Positions 25,856 through 38,365 of a stretch of DNA of 64,000 nucleotides are shown in pieces. Below the pieces are notes generated by a model. The model was not told the origin of the DNA. It ran no database searches and saw only the letters and a program-made list of their open reading frames with translations. A program made the translations under genes and the position numbers. The stretch covers positions 42,656,001 to 42,720,000 of the forward strand of contig NC_042999.1 in assembly GCF_006345805.1 (NCBI RefSeq), written 5' to 3'. How positions within the stretch are numbered: the stretch's first letter is position 1; each line of letters opens with the position of its first letter. Source of the DNA: Octopus sinensis. Its lineage: Eukaryota.

Positions 25856-26085
25856 TTTCTTTACTACCCACAAGGGGCTAAACACAGAGGGGACAAACAA
25901 GGACAGACATAGGTATTAAGTCGATTACATCGACCCCAGTGCGTAACTGGTACTTTATTTATCGACCCCAAAAGGATGAAAGGCAAAGTCGACCTCGGCG
26001 GAATTTGAACTCAGAACATAGCGGCAGACGAAATACCGCTAAGCATTTCGCCCGGCACGCTAACGTTTCTGCCAGCTCGCCGCCT
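25856..26085 (-). mobile_element. tRNA-derived SINE family C (Deu/Nin-like domain); others at ~12350, 13040, 13623, 17490, 26885, 29153, 53452, 62206 (-) and 41636, 62905 (+)
   Basis: Head GAGCTGGCAGAAACGTTAG...GAGTTCAAATTCC, then GCCTTTCATCCTTTCGGGGTCGATAAA..AAGTACCAG resembling the Deu/Nin central domain. Confidence 0.85.
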
Positions 26086-26300
26086 TGTCATAGTAATAGC
26101 AGTAGCAGCAGCTGTTCAAGAATTTAGACCTGGAGATCTCCATTTCCAGCGACTTCAAGGGCCACCTCCCAGTGGTGTCGGGCGTCAACAAGACGACCAA
26201 AGTTTTCTTTTTTCCAAGATCTGGGGTCTCCCGCCCCTAAGCCCTAGACCATCACCTAATCACACCTACCCATCTTGTTGCTTAACAACAGCAACAACAA

Positions 26301-26331
<31 letters not shown>

Positions 26332-28561
26332 GTGGAGGTGCATAGCTTAGTGATTAGGGTGTTGGACTCGTGAGCAAAAGATTGTGGTTTCAATTCCTGG
26401 ATTGAGCGATGCAAAACACTTCATTTCATGTTGCTTCAGTTCACTCAGCTGGCAAAAGTGAATAACCCTGCAATGGACTGCCACCACATCCAGGGCGGAA
26501 TATATATATACGACAGAGAAACCAGTAAACCAGCCCTATGCTCCTTAGGGAGTAATGCAGACTAACTAGCAGTAGCAGCAGCAGCAGTAGTAGTAGTTAT
26601 AGTAGTAGTAGTAGTAGTAGTAGTTCTTTTTTTATCATTAAGTCAGAAAGGAAAGGAGTGGTTCTTCACAGGGCCTTTAAAATTTGTGGGAAGGAGGATA
26701 GAGGCAAGCTCTCTTCAAACCAGGAGCTGAGCCCAAGTGCTTCAACTGAATGGACTCTGCTAAAGGCACCTAATGACCAGTTAGTGATGTCAAACAGCGA
26801 TGGATCTAAAGTCTACCACCCTTGACAGCAGGATCTGAATTCAGAACACAAAGAACTTATAATACCATATGGTATTGTAGTGCTTAATGTTTGGCGAATC
26901 AACTGGTACTTTTTTTATTGACCCTGAAAGGATGAAAGGCAAAACTGAATTTGATGGAATTTGATTTCTTGGTGCAGAGAGTTGGACCAAACATTGAGTA
27001 GCAGTCTACTTCATATGCAAAAGACTCTGCGAATTTGCCCCACTAATGAAGCAGATTATTTATTCTATCTTTTATTGTCTCATTTATTCTCATCTTTTAT
27101 TCTCACACAGTGAATCTAGAATCTAGAAAGCAGCAAAACAAATATTTTTTTAATGCACCTCCTGCTCCTAGAATCGAACTCGCAATCATAAGGTCGTGAG
27201 CACAAAATCACTAACCACCAGGCCATTCGTCCTCACAAACTTGAACTACTAGAGAGGAAAAATACAAATGCATAAAGATAGCTCACCACCGAAAGGTGAA
27301 GAACAATAGAGGAAAAAAAATTACAGGTGTACTTGTAATAGAAATGATATAGAAATGAATGATAGGATTCAAAGAGACAGGGCATGTTATAAAGGTATAT
27401 TCAACAGGTGTTGAATATACCTTTATAACATACCTTTATATACCTTTATTCTAAAGGTATATTTATCCAATGTGTCCAACCATTTTTTTAAGGTAGCTGA
27501 CTATGAATTCAGGGATATTTGGCTGCTATTTGTAGTAGGTTGAGCTGCCATGTAGAGATTTCCCTGATTTCGTTTGTGATTTTGCTTGCTCTTGTTGTTG
27601 CTCGGTTAGGTCACATACAGATGTACCTGTGCAATCAATGGCACGGAGATAAGACATCAAATGCTGAAGAACAATCTGCTAGTCAAGAACTCATTCAAAC
27701 ATGCAGAGCAGATATGGAAGGCTTCACCAGTGCATTCTGGGTTGAGCTGTGAGATTTTAGCCAATATCTTCTATGGTAAAAGTTACCTTCTCGAGTCATA
27801 CAGACTCATAAGAGCTGGTTTCCCAGTTTCAGGGTCTATATATTCCCCACCTGGATAGGACACCGGTCCATTGCGGGATTACCCATTTTTGCCAGTTGAG
27901 TGGACTGGAGCAATGTGAAATGAAGTGTTTTGCTCAAGAACACAACACATCACCCAGTACAGGAATCGAAACCACAATCTTACAATCATGAGTCCAACAC
28001 CCTAATCACTAAGCCGTGCACCTCCATGGTAAGCCTCAGATAGATCTTCTATGATAAGCCTCAGATCAATCTACTCAGAGTCAGGGAAATTTAGTAGACA
28101 TAAACTACATAGAAGTCTATTAACCTGTATTTGTCCTTAAAAAGCAAAGTGTAATCAGTGGCTTGGTTGAAGTTCACTATCTGTCCTTTGACTGCTTTAA
28201 ACAGAGTCTATTCCTTAGAATCTATTGCTCAAAAGCCCTACACAGATCTAATTGAGCAAACCCATGGTATGGAAATAGCAGATCAAATGTTACAAAACAT
28301 TCCACAAAATTTGGTCTCAACTAAAGCATCCAGACTCAAGTCTTAGCTCTAAGAATAACTTGGTATATGATATTCTGCCTCCTATAGCACCAATGCAGGA
28401 TCAAAATTTCTAGCTTGTTCACTCTGACAATTTTCAGAGACCCTAGCATAAAATTATCTTTGGCACAGCCCATTCTAACCCCACTTAGTCATAGAAATAT
28501 AAACTATTTAATCACTATTTAATTTGCAGCCATTTTATTTTTAGTAAGATCATTAGCAGCA

Positions 28562-28812
28562 TGGTGGAAGCGTGTGGCTTAGTGGTTAGGGTGTCAGCAT
28601 CATGATCGTAAGATTGTGGTTTCAATTCCTGGGCCAGGCAAAGCATTGTGTTCTTGAGCAAAACACTTCATTTCACGTTGCTCCAGTCCACTCAGCTGGC
28701 AAAAATGAGTAATGCTGCGATGGACTGGCGCCCCGTCCAGCTGGGGAACACATACGCCATTGAAACCAGGAAACCAGGCCCATGAGCCTGGCTAGGCTTT
28801 AAAAGGATGCAT
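28562..28812 (+). mobile_element. tRNA-derived SINE family E (V/Meta-like centre); others at 26331(+), 27745-28026(-), 29050-29615(-), 24860-25105(-)
   Basis: Head GTGGCTTAGTGGTTAGGG...GTTTCAATTCC, then CTTGAGCAAAACACTT...CCACTCAGCTGGCAAAAATGAGT...GCGATGGACTGGCGCCCCGTCCAG. Confidence 0.8.
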
Positions 28813-29855
28813 TTATTTTTTTTATTTTATTAGCAGCATGAGTTAATGAGGTTTACTCTACATGGTAGTTATGGCTTGTTAAAAACAGACAGCCAAATCT
28901 CCATTATTGCACTTAAAAACAGAAAAACACACTCATGTTGTCATTGTATTACAAACAGACAGACTGGTCACCCACCTGATCCTTTATCATAGGTCTACTT
29001 GAGGGGGTCTGATCTGGGAGTTAACCAACACCATGCAATAAGAATTGGCACTCCTTTGGTTATAAGAACAAGGGTTCCATTTGATTCAGTCAATGGAACA
29101 GCCTGCTTATGAAATTAATATGCAAAGGGTTGAGCACTCCACAGCCACATATACCTATTTCTTTATTACCCACAAGGGGCTAAACAAAGGGGGGACAAAC
29201 AAGGACAGACATAGGTATTAAGTCGATTACATTGACCCCAGTGCATAACTGGTACTTATTTTATCGCCCCTGAAAGGATGAAAGGCAAAGTCGACCTCGG
29301 CGGAATTTGAACTCAGAACGTAACGGCAGACAAAATACCGCTAAGCATTTCGCCCGGCGCGCTAACGTTTCTGCCAGCTCACCGCCACATATACCCTTAA
29401 CATAGTTCTCAGGGAGATCCAGCATGGCACAGAGCGTGACAAGGCTGGACCTTTGAAATACAGGTGCAACTCATTTTTGCCAGCTGAGTGAACTGGAGCA
29501 ATGTGAAATAAAGAGTCTTACTCAAGGTCACAACACACAGCCTGGTCTAGGAATTGAACTCATGACCTTATGATCACGAGCCAAATATCCCAACCACTAA
29601 GCCATGCGCCTTCACCAGCAATAAGAACTATACACTGTAGAGTTGTAGATTTATCTTGAACGGTGGATTGGGATCAATATAGTTAGAATGCCGTGGATCA
29701 GGGGTCTGCACAATCAGAATAGACCTGGGACTTAAACAACAGCAACAACAATTAACAATTGCCAGCACCTTCGTATCAAAGAAATGAAATGACTACAATG
29801 GCAAATTGAAACTGGGTCACAGGTTTTGCTTTGTCAAAAAAGTTTACTTCTAAAT

Positions 29856-29892
<37 letters not shown>

Positions 29893-30778
29893 GGATGATA
29901 GAATATAAATCTAACATTGACTAACACAAAAATGCAACAAAAATTACAACACTTGAAAGGTTAAAGAAAAGAAAAATTGCAGAGCAATTTCAAATAAATT
30001 TTTGAAAAACCCAAAAAAAAAAAAAAAATACAAAAAACAGGCAATATATAACAAATAAAAGAATAACTTATATAAAGATAAGAAAGAAGAAAGGAAGAAA
30101 GAAAGGAAGAAAAGGAGAGGATCAGAAGAGAAGAAAGACAAAGAAGAAAATAAATTTGTTTTAACAAATTTCTTCCAAGTTTAATGAAAGAAGAAAGTAA
30201 AAAAACAAAACACACACATTAATACACATCAACAGACAAAACCTAAGAATAACAAAAAATAAATACGTTAAAAAAAACAAACAAAAACAGTTTTAAAAGA
30301 AAACTTAAATAAAGCAAATAAATTAATAATTATAAAAAAAAAAAAAAATTTTAAATAATTACCTGGTATTGTAAACACACGTAGAAAAGAAAAAAAAGTT
30401 AACAGCAACAACAAAAACAACAACAACAACAACAACGACAACAACCACCATAAACAAGCAATTATAACAATGACAACAACAAACATAAGAGACAACACTG
30501 CAATCCAATTAAAAGTAGTAAAAAGATATATAACGAGTGGCGTCAAATTATTTCTTCAGTCAGTGTATTCTAATGTTCCACAACTGTCATTTTCTATTGC
30601 TGTTCTCAAGCAAAGGCTATTCAGTTTATTACAAAAAAAAAAAAAAAAAGAGGGGGGGAAATGCTTCACTACAATGTATGTTTACATGCAAATGTGTGTT
30701 TGTATATGTATGCCCATCCACATATAATATATCATACACACACACACACACGTATATGAATATATACACATGTGTGTA

Positions 30779-30824
<46 letters not shown>

Positions 30825-30877
30825 CATGCACACACACATTTTGTGTGTGTATGTGTATGAATACATATGATGTATAA

Positions 30878-30928
<51 letters not shown>

Positions 30929-31599
30929 TGTGTGTGTGTGTGCGTGTATGTATGTATATATATACATATTCATTATATACATACATATATACACTATATA
31001 CATACATATACATAAATATATATATATATATATATAATATATATATATATATATACATTGTATACATATATATACATTATATACATACATATATACATAT
31101 ATATGAATATATATATATATATATGCTGGTGATGGCAGTCAATTTTCCAGTCAAACCAAGGCAACCATTTTCACCATTGGTTTTCAAATTGTTGATTTAC
31201 TCAGTGTTGTTAGTCACATCTCCTGACGGAGTCATCGGAGCTTCATTTTTTTTTTCTTTAGTTTTCTTTTTCTTTTTTTTTTTTCTTTTTTTTAGTTTTT
31301 ACTGTTATTTTTGTTTTATTGGTGACAGTGTGGAATTTGAACTCTGAATGCAGAGAGGTGGAACAAATACTGCAACACATCCTGTCTAACATTGTAAAAG
31401 TTCCACAAGCCTCACTTTCTGGGACCAGCACATGGGTTTAAAAAATAACAAAAACACAATAAAATTTTAGTTTTGAATAATCTCAACCATTGTCAAAACA
31501 GTCTAGCAAAGTTTCAGGAACGGAGTAAAACATTTCTGTGATCTAAGCCTGGAACAAACAGATTAACCAGCGCTTTTAAATTACTAATCCTGATTGACT

Positions 31600-32360
31600 G
31601 ATGATGACGATGATGATGATCATCATCATCATAATCATCACAACCTATCCCATCACCACCAGCAACAACAATGCTATCATAATCATTGCTATCATTGTCA
31701 TCGATGTCACCATTGTCATCATCATCATCATTGCCATGTTGTCATCATCATCATCGTTTTCATCATTGTCATCATCATCATCATCATTGTTGTTGTCTTC
31801 ATCACTGACATCATCATCATCAGTCATCATCATCATTGTTGTCATCATCATCATTGCCATCGTCATCATCATCATCATTGTCATCGTCATCATCATCATC
31901 ATTATTGTCATCATCATTGTTGTTGTTTTCAACATTGCCATTATCATCATCATCATCATCATCATTGTCGTTGTCATTGCTATCATCACTGTTGTTGTCT
32001 TCATCATTGCCATCGTCATCATCATCGTCATCGTCATTGTCATCATTGTAATCGTCATTGTCATCATTGCCATCATCATTGTCATTATCATCATCATCAT
32101 TGTCGTTGTCATTGCTATCATCACTGTTGTTGTCTTCATCATTGCCATCGTCATCATCATCGTCATCGTCATCATTGTAATCGTCATTGTCATCATTGCC
32201 ATCATCATTGTCATTATCATCATCATTGCCATTGTTATCCTCATTTTCATCATTGTCAACATTGTCATCATCCTTGCCATCATCATCATCATTGCCATTG
32301 TTGTCATCATTGCCATTATCATCATCATTATCATCATCATTGTCGTCGTCATCATCATCA
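31600..32360. repeat. Degenerate (CAT)n/(ATG)n simple repeat with an internal ~125-bp duplication
   Basis: Direct reading. It produces spurious His/Ile/Ser/Met/Asp-rich ORFs in several frames. Confidence 0.9.
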
Positions 32361-33079
32361 TTTTGTTTATGCTTGCTTTCTCCATGCTGGCATAGTTTTG
32401 ATGAGTCTCTACAAGGCAGTGTTCTACAGTCAGATGACATTCCTGATTTCTGACACCAACCCTTCTTTGTTCTTCACGTAAGGTATTTTATTTCTCATCT
32501 TTGCATGCTGAAGACTATTTGTTTATACAGGATATAAACAAAAACATCATTGACAATCCACAGATAGCTTAGACTGAAGAAACACAAGCATGTCAAAAAA
32601 TCTTAAAGTCCCCCTTACATCACTGAATCAGCTGAAGGGAAAAGTTGATGTCCGAAGGCAAAACACTATAGTGATTTGCATATTCACATTCAGAGTTCAA
32701 ATTGGCCAGAACCTGTTAAGAACGAATATAGTTGTCATTGTTTTGATTCTCATTTTTTTACATGTTTCTGAGAATTTATCAACTTAGCAAACATCAGTAT
32801 ATATCAGCAAATAATTTGGTTGCTAAATTCTATAAACAAGAACAGTTTTTCTTGTTTGGCTTTAATGATCGCATGGATGGGTAGCTTTTACTGAAGAGAC
32901 ACAATAAGTTTGAAACACTGGTGTAACAAAGTCCTCCTACATCACTGAATCTCTTGTGTTGTCAACACACATTGTATGAATGAAGTTGTTCTCCAAAGGT
33001 GAACTACAACAGCAATTAGCATATCTAAGTTCAAATCTGCTGGAACATATTACAAATGAATATTCTCTTCATATATATA

Positions 33080-33589
33080 AGTTCAAATAGAAAAATAGAA
33101 TGTGCTTTCTGTGGCTAAAGAATCTATGACTTCTTTCTAGCAATGCTGGTACTCCCTGCGCCTTTGGTCACTTTTAGCGACTGTGAATGATTTTCTTTTT
33201 GGTTTTAAATCGTGTGTAGCCACCTTAATTATTTTATTTTATAATTTTCACATTACCATTTTGCAGAATCAGCCACTGATTTCGACGATAAATTCTATAA
33301 TAGTGACAGGTGAAAATTCAGCTTCACCACTTGCAATGGAGAAAGCATTACTGATGAGTATTAATTTCAATATGAAATTAGCGTGGTAATCTAATGCACC
33401 TCACTTGCAGTGGGGAGGTTGTCTCCCCTGTCAGTTCAAATAGACCATGTTCTTTCTGTGGCTAAAGAGTCTGACTTTTATTTCTAGCAATGCTGGTGCT
33501 CCCAGCACTCTTGGTCACTTTTGGTGACCGTGAATTATTTCCTTTTTGGTTTTAAATTGTGTCTAACCACCTTAATTATTTTATTTATA
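33080..33589 (+). repeat. Partial tandem duplication, ~160-bp direct repeats with a period of about 353 bp, enclosing the hammerhead hairpin
   Basis: 33080-33240 and 33433-33589 share AGTTCAAATAG...TTTCTGTGGCTAAAGA...TTTCTAGCAATGCTGGT...CCACCTTAATTATTTTATTT. Both ends abut (TA)n. Confidence 0.85.
33345..33397 (+). ncRNA. Type I hammerhead ribozyme, canonical core
   Basis: GCATTA-CTGATGA-GTATT(aatttc)AATAT-GAA-ATTA(gcgtgg)TAAT-C-TAATGC. Stem I 6 bp, stem II 5 bp, stem III 4 bp, AUC triplet, predicted cleavage after 33391. Confidence 0.82.
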
Positions 33590-33595
33590 TATATA

Positions 33596-34860
33596 CAGGG
33601 GTCGGACAAAATAATGGAAACACCTAGCGTAATAGCATCATAATTTTGAAATATCTATAAAACCGTCAAAAGCTTGTTTATTTTTATGTTTTTTGATTTA
33701 TTAATAGTGTTGCTTAATATGTCTTTCAAAAATTGCTGTTTCTTTTCAGATATTATCAGAAAAAAGTAATTAAAATTCATTAAAATGACAGGTCTATTGG
33801 ACTGTCAAAGAGGTCAAATTGTTGGTGCTTGTATGGCAGATGCAAGCGTAATGAAAACAGCCAAAATGTTTGGTGTATCAAGAAGTACTCTCTCAAAAGT
33901 AATGACAGCCTTTGAGAAAGAAGGAAAAACCTCCTCGTTGAAAGAAAACTCTGGAAGAAAACCAAAACTTTCAGATAGGGACCATCAGATTCTTATGTGA
34001 ATTGTTAGAAAGGATCACAAAAGTACAACTCCCAAAATTACTGCAAAGCTTAATGACCACTTTGAGAACCCAGTTTCCACAAGAACTGTTCACCAGGAGC
34101 TGTACAAAGCCTGATTGCACAGGAGAGCTGCAATTAGAAAATCACTACTTTCAAAAACAAACGTTGCAAAGCATTTAGAGTGGAGTAAAACCTACAGAAT
34201 TGTTCCCTATAGCAGTGGAAAAATGTTATTTTCTTGGACAAGTCATCCTTTACCTTATTTCCAACCACCAGTCAAGTATATGTGTGGAGACAGCCAAAAG
34301 ACGCTTTTGATCCAGACTGCCTTCTTCCAAGTGTTAAACATGGAGGAGTATCTGTGATGATCTGGGGGGGCTATATCTTGGAAATTTGCCAGCCTAATGG
34401 TTTCCCTTCATGGCAGAATTAATAGTCAAGACTATTTAAGTGTTTTATCTGATCAAATTCATCCTATGTTTGCAGAACTGTTTCTGGGGAGAAACGCAAT
34501 CTTTCAGGATGATAATGCACCAATTCACACAGCTAAAGTTGTATTGAATGGCACGAGGAACATTCTAGTGAAGTTGAACATTTTATTTGGCCACCACAGT
34601 CCCCAGATCTCAATATTATTGAACATTTATGGTGCACTTTAGAAAAACAAGTAAGGAGTTAATATCCTCCGCCATCATCACTACAAGAACTGGAGACTGT
34701 TTTAGCTGAAGAATGGACAAAAATTCCTTTGGAAACAATTCAGACTTTGTATGAGTCCATACCTCACAAGCTGTAATTACAGCCAAAGGCAGTCCTACCC
34801 CATATTAAAATAAATTTGTTTGAAATTTTAAGGTATTTCCATTATTTTGTCCAACCCCTG
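33596..34860 (+). mobile_element. Full-length Tc1-like DNA transposon with pseudogenised transposase (probable DD36E)
   Basis: TIRs CAGGGGT(C/T)GGACAAAATAATGGAAA(C/T)ACCT and TA flanks. ATG at 33785: MTGLLDCQRGQIVGA...GRKPKLS, SVKHGG.SVMIWG, FQDDNAPIHTAK, WPPQSPDLNIIE. Contains stops and frameshifts. Confidence 0.95.
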
Positions 34861-35106
34861 TATATATATATATTGTGTGTATATATATATATATCTCTTT
34901 TAATGTGTTTCAGACATGTGATTCTGGCCAAGCTGGGGCACTGCCTTGAGGAGGGTTTTAGTCAAATCGACCCCAGGACTTACTTTTGAAAGCCTAATAC
35001 TTATTCTATTGGTCTCTTTTGCCGAACCACTAAGTTACGGGGAAGTAAACACACCAACACCAGTTGTCAAGTGGTGTTGGGGGACAAACAGAGACACAAA
35101 GACACA

Positions 35107-35146
<40 letters not shown>

Positions 35147-35906
35147 GGCTTCTTTCAGTTTCTATCTACAAACCCACTGACAAAGCTTTAATTGGCCCAA
35201 GGCCATGCAAGCTTCTTACTACACAACCATAAGAATTTAGAACTTCGAGACGCATTAAATGATTTGTCTTTTTTAATTGCAGAACTTGAAGTAGATAAAG
35301 CTATAGATAATAGTATGTAATTATTGGCTTAAAAACCATTTGGATAGAAAAGGTCAAAGTGCAAAAGGGAGAGGCAGACAGTCAGATAATCCTATGTATG
35401 CAACTGAAGAAGTATTAAATTTAAATAGCCCTCTATGAATCATACTTAATGTATATACATGGTTAACAAATTACTGAAGTTTGTGTCCGAGAGAGCTTGG
35501 AGTATGTTTAAGGGAAATTTGGTAGCTATTTCTAGTACTAATTTGTTTAGCATCAGGTTTTTATAGTTATTGTTGTATAGACATAGCTCAGGTCTGACTG
35601 AAGACACTTATGATCATGGGCATTCCAGTTATGACATTCACATCAGGCAACTTGGGATCACATCATACATGCTTTTTTTTAAGATAATGGAGTACGTTTA
35701 AGAGAAATTTGGTAGCTATTTCTAGTATCAGCTTGCTTAGTGTTAGGTTGTTGTTATTGCTGTTGTATAGACACAGCTTAGGTCTGACTGAAGAAACCTA
35801 TGATCAAAGGGGATTTAACCATGACCATCCAGTATCTTTTTTAAGATGGAAGAGTGTGATTTTGAGTTATAATGGAGTTTTTATTTCTAGCAGGTTAATT
35901 AGAAAC

Positions 35907-36398
35907 CTGTAACGACATGCATAAGATCTGGTCATCAAATCTAAGTAGAGACTTCAAACTTGAAATATTCAAAGCCACAGTCGAACCAATTCTACTATAT
36001 GGCTCAGAAACCTGGACGTTATCAAAGAAGCTTGAGAGGCGGTTGGATGGAACCTACACTCGCCTCCTTATGAGAGCTCAAAATCTCTCATGGAAGCGCC
36101 ATCCAACCAAAATGCAAATATATGGGAAACTACCACCTGTGTCATCTCTTGTGAAAGGTAGGAGAGTCCAGTTTGCTGGACATTGTTGTAGAGCTGAAAA
36201 AGAAGTAATTTCTACTCTTCTCCTCTGGAAGCCATCTACTCGCAATACCAGAGGGCGCACACTCTCCTACCCTGATGTAATCTCCAGGGATACAGACATC
36301 CAGCAACAGGACCTCCGTAATGCCATGATGGACCGTGAAGTCTGGCGTAGCATGGTAAATTCCATTGTCTCGACCACGGTCGAACAATGATGATGATG
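35907..36398 (+). mobile_element. RTE-clade LINE 3' end with an uninterrupted 157-aa ORF remnant
   Basis: FKATVEPILLYGSETWTL...RRVQFAGHC...DREVWR, then a (TGA)n tail. Inserted into a family-F SINE with an apparent AGAAA duplication. Confidence 0.9.
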
Positions 36399-37042
36399 AG
36401 AAATATATAGGCTTCTCTGGTGGCCCAACTGTTTAGAATCAAAAATATATGTAGGTGTTGTTGTTGGTGGTGGTGGTGCTGATGTTACTGCTGCTGCTGT
36501 TGGTGGTGGTGATGGTGGGGGGGCATTGTGGTAGTGGTGGTGATGTTAGTGATGGAGTTTGTTGTAGTGGTACTTATTGGTGATTGCTGATGGTGATGTT
36601 TAGCCCCAGGTCAACTCACACAGATCAGGCAGACTGTGATTGACTGATTGACTGATGGTGCAACTGGAATGATTTGTAACCATCCAGTTGTGACTATCCC
36701 ATCCATCTTTGTTTTTATTTTCTTTCACCCCACCCCCACCCCGAGATCTCAAGATCTCACTATCAAATATATCCTTTTCTGAGACAGTTGTATGTGAATT
36801 TCAGAGAGATTTCGCTGCTGTTTCTACCATGACAAAGTGACCATATTGAGGTTCCACAACTGCCTTAACTAGAAGATGTATGAATGCATGGAGTATAATA
36901 GTGCTGGAAGTAGTAGTCGCAGCAGCAGCAGCAGCAGGTGGTTGCAGACCATTTTCAAATTCATTCTATTACCCCATTCAACATATCCCAATTCAGCAAC
37001 AACATGCCGCAGACATAAATAAAGAAATGTTGGTCTAATTGC

Positions 37043-37138
<96 letters not shown>

Positions 37139-37226
37139 TATATATATATATGTAGATATATGTATATATGTATGTGTATGTATATATGCATGTGTATGTA
37201 TATATATATATAAATATATATCTATG

Positions 37227-37257
<31 letters not shown>

Positions 37258-37342
37258 ATAAATATATATCTATATATATGTTATATATATAATATATATG
37301 TATATATATATGTATATATATATATGTGTGTATATATATATG

Positions 37343-37403
<61 letters not shown>

Positions 37404-37407
37404 GTGT

Positions 37408-38365
37408 ATCAAATCAAAATAGATGAACATCAATGGAATTTGTATCTTTGTGGTTCCAGTACCGGTGGCACACAAGGACACGCGTGACACTTGTGAAGAC
37501 CTGTTGAGGCAAGTGAAAATCAAACCAAATCAAAATAGATGAACATCAATGGAATTTGTATCTTTGTGGTTCCAGTACCGGTGGCACACAAGAAAACCAT
37601 CCGATCGTGGCCGTTCGCCAGCCACATCTGGCACCTGTGTCGGTGGCACATAAAGACACCATCCGAAGACCCGGCGACGTAGACAGTCCCACCTGTGCAT
37701 ACCTTCCTTCTTGTGACACTTGTGAAGACCTGTTGAGGCAAGTGACACTTGTGAAGACCTGTTGAGGCAAGTGAAAATCAAATCAAATCAAAACAAATCA
37801 AAATAGATGAGCATAAATGGAATTTGTATCTTTGTGGTACCAGTGCCGGTGGCACACAAGAAAATCATCCGAACGTGGCCGTAGCCAGTACCGCATAGAC
37901 TGCCTCCGTGCTTTGGGGACGTAACAAACACCATCCGATCGTGGCCGTCCGCCAGCCTCATCTGGCACCTGTGTCGGTGGCACATAAAAACACCATCCGA
38001 GCGTGGCCGGTCTGCCAGCCTCGTCTGGCACCTGCCAGCCTCATCTGGCACCTGTGTCGGTGGCACATAAAAACACCATCCGAGCGTGGCCGTCTGCCAG
38101 CCTCGTCTGGCACCTGTGTCGGTGGCACATAAAAACACCATCCGAGCGTGGCCGTTCGCCAGCCTCGTCTGGCACCTGTGTCGGTGGCACATAAAATCAC
38201 CCACTACACTCTCGGAGTGGTTGGCGTTAGGAAGGGCATCCAGCTGTAGAAACACTGCCAGATCTGACTGGCCTGGTGCAGCCTTCGGGCTCCCCAGACC
38301 CCAGTTGAACCGTCCAACCCATGCTAGCATGGAAAACGGACGCTAAATGATGATGATGATGATGA

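Noticed and set aside
31594-32481. Long His/Cys-, Ile-, Met- and Asp-rich ORFs
   Set aside because: These are translations of a stop-free (CAT)n repeat, open in many frames on both strands. The same applies to the YI/CV/HT-rich ORFs from (TA)n and (TG)n tracts.
35917-36390. 157-aa ORF as a host gene
   Set aside because: It is the C-terminus of an RTE LINE ORF followed by a (TGA)n tail.
37900-38200. CRISPR-like look of the 62-bp array
   Set aside because: Units are contiguous with no unique spacers, lie inside an RTE 3'UTR, and the genome is eukaryotic.
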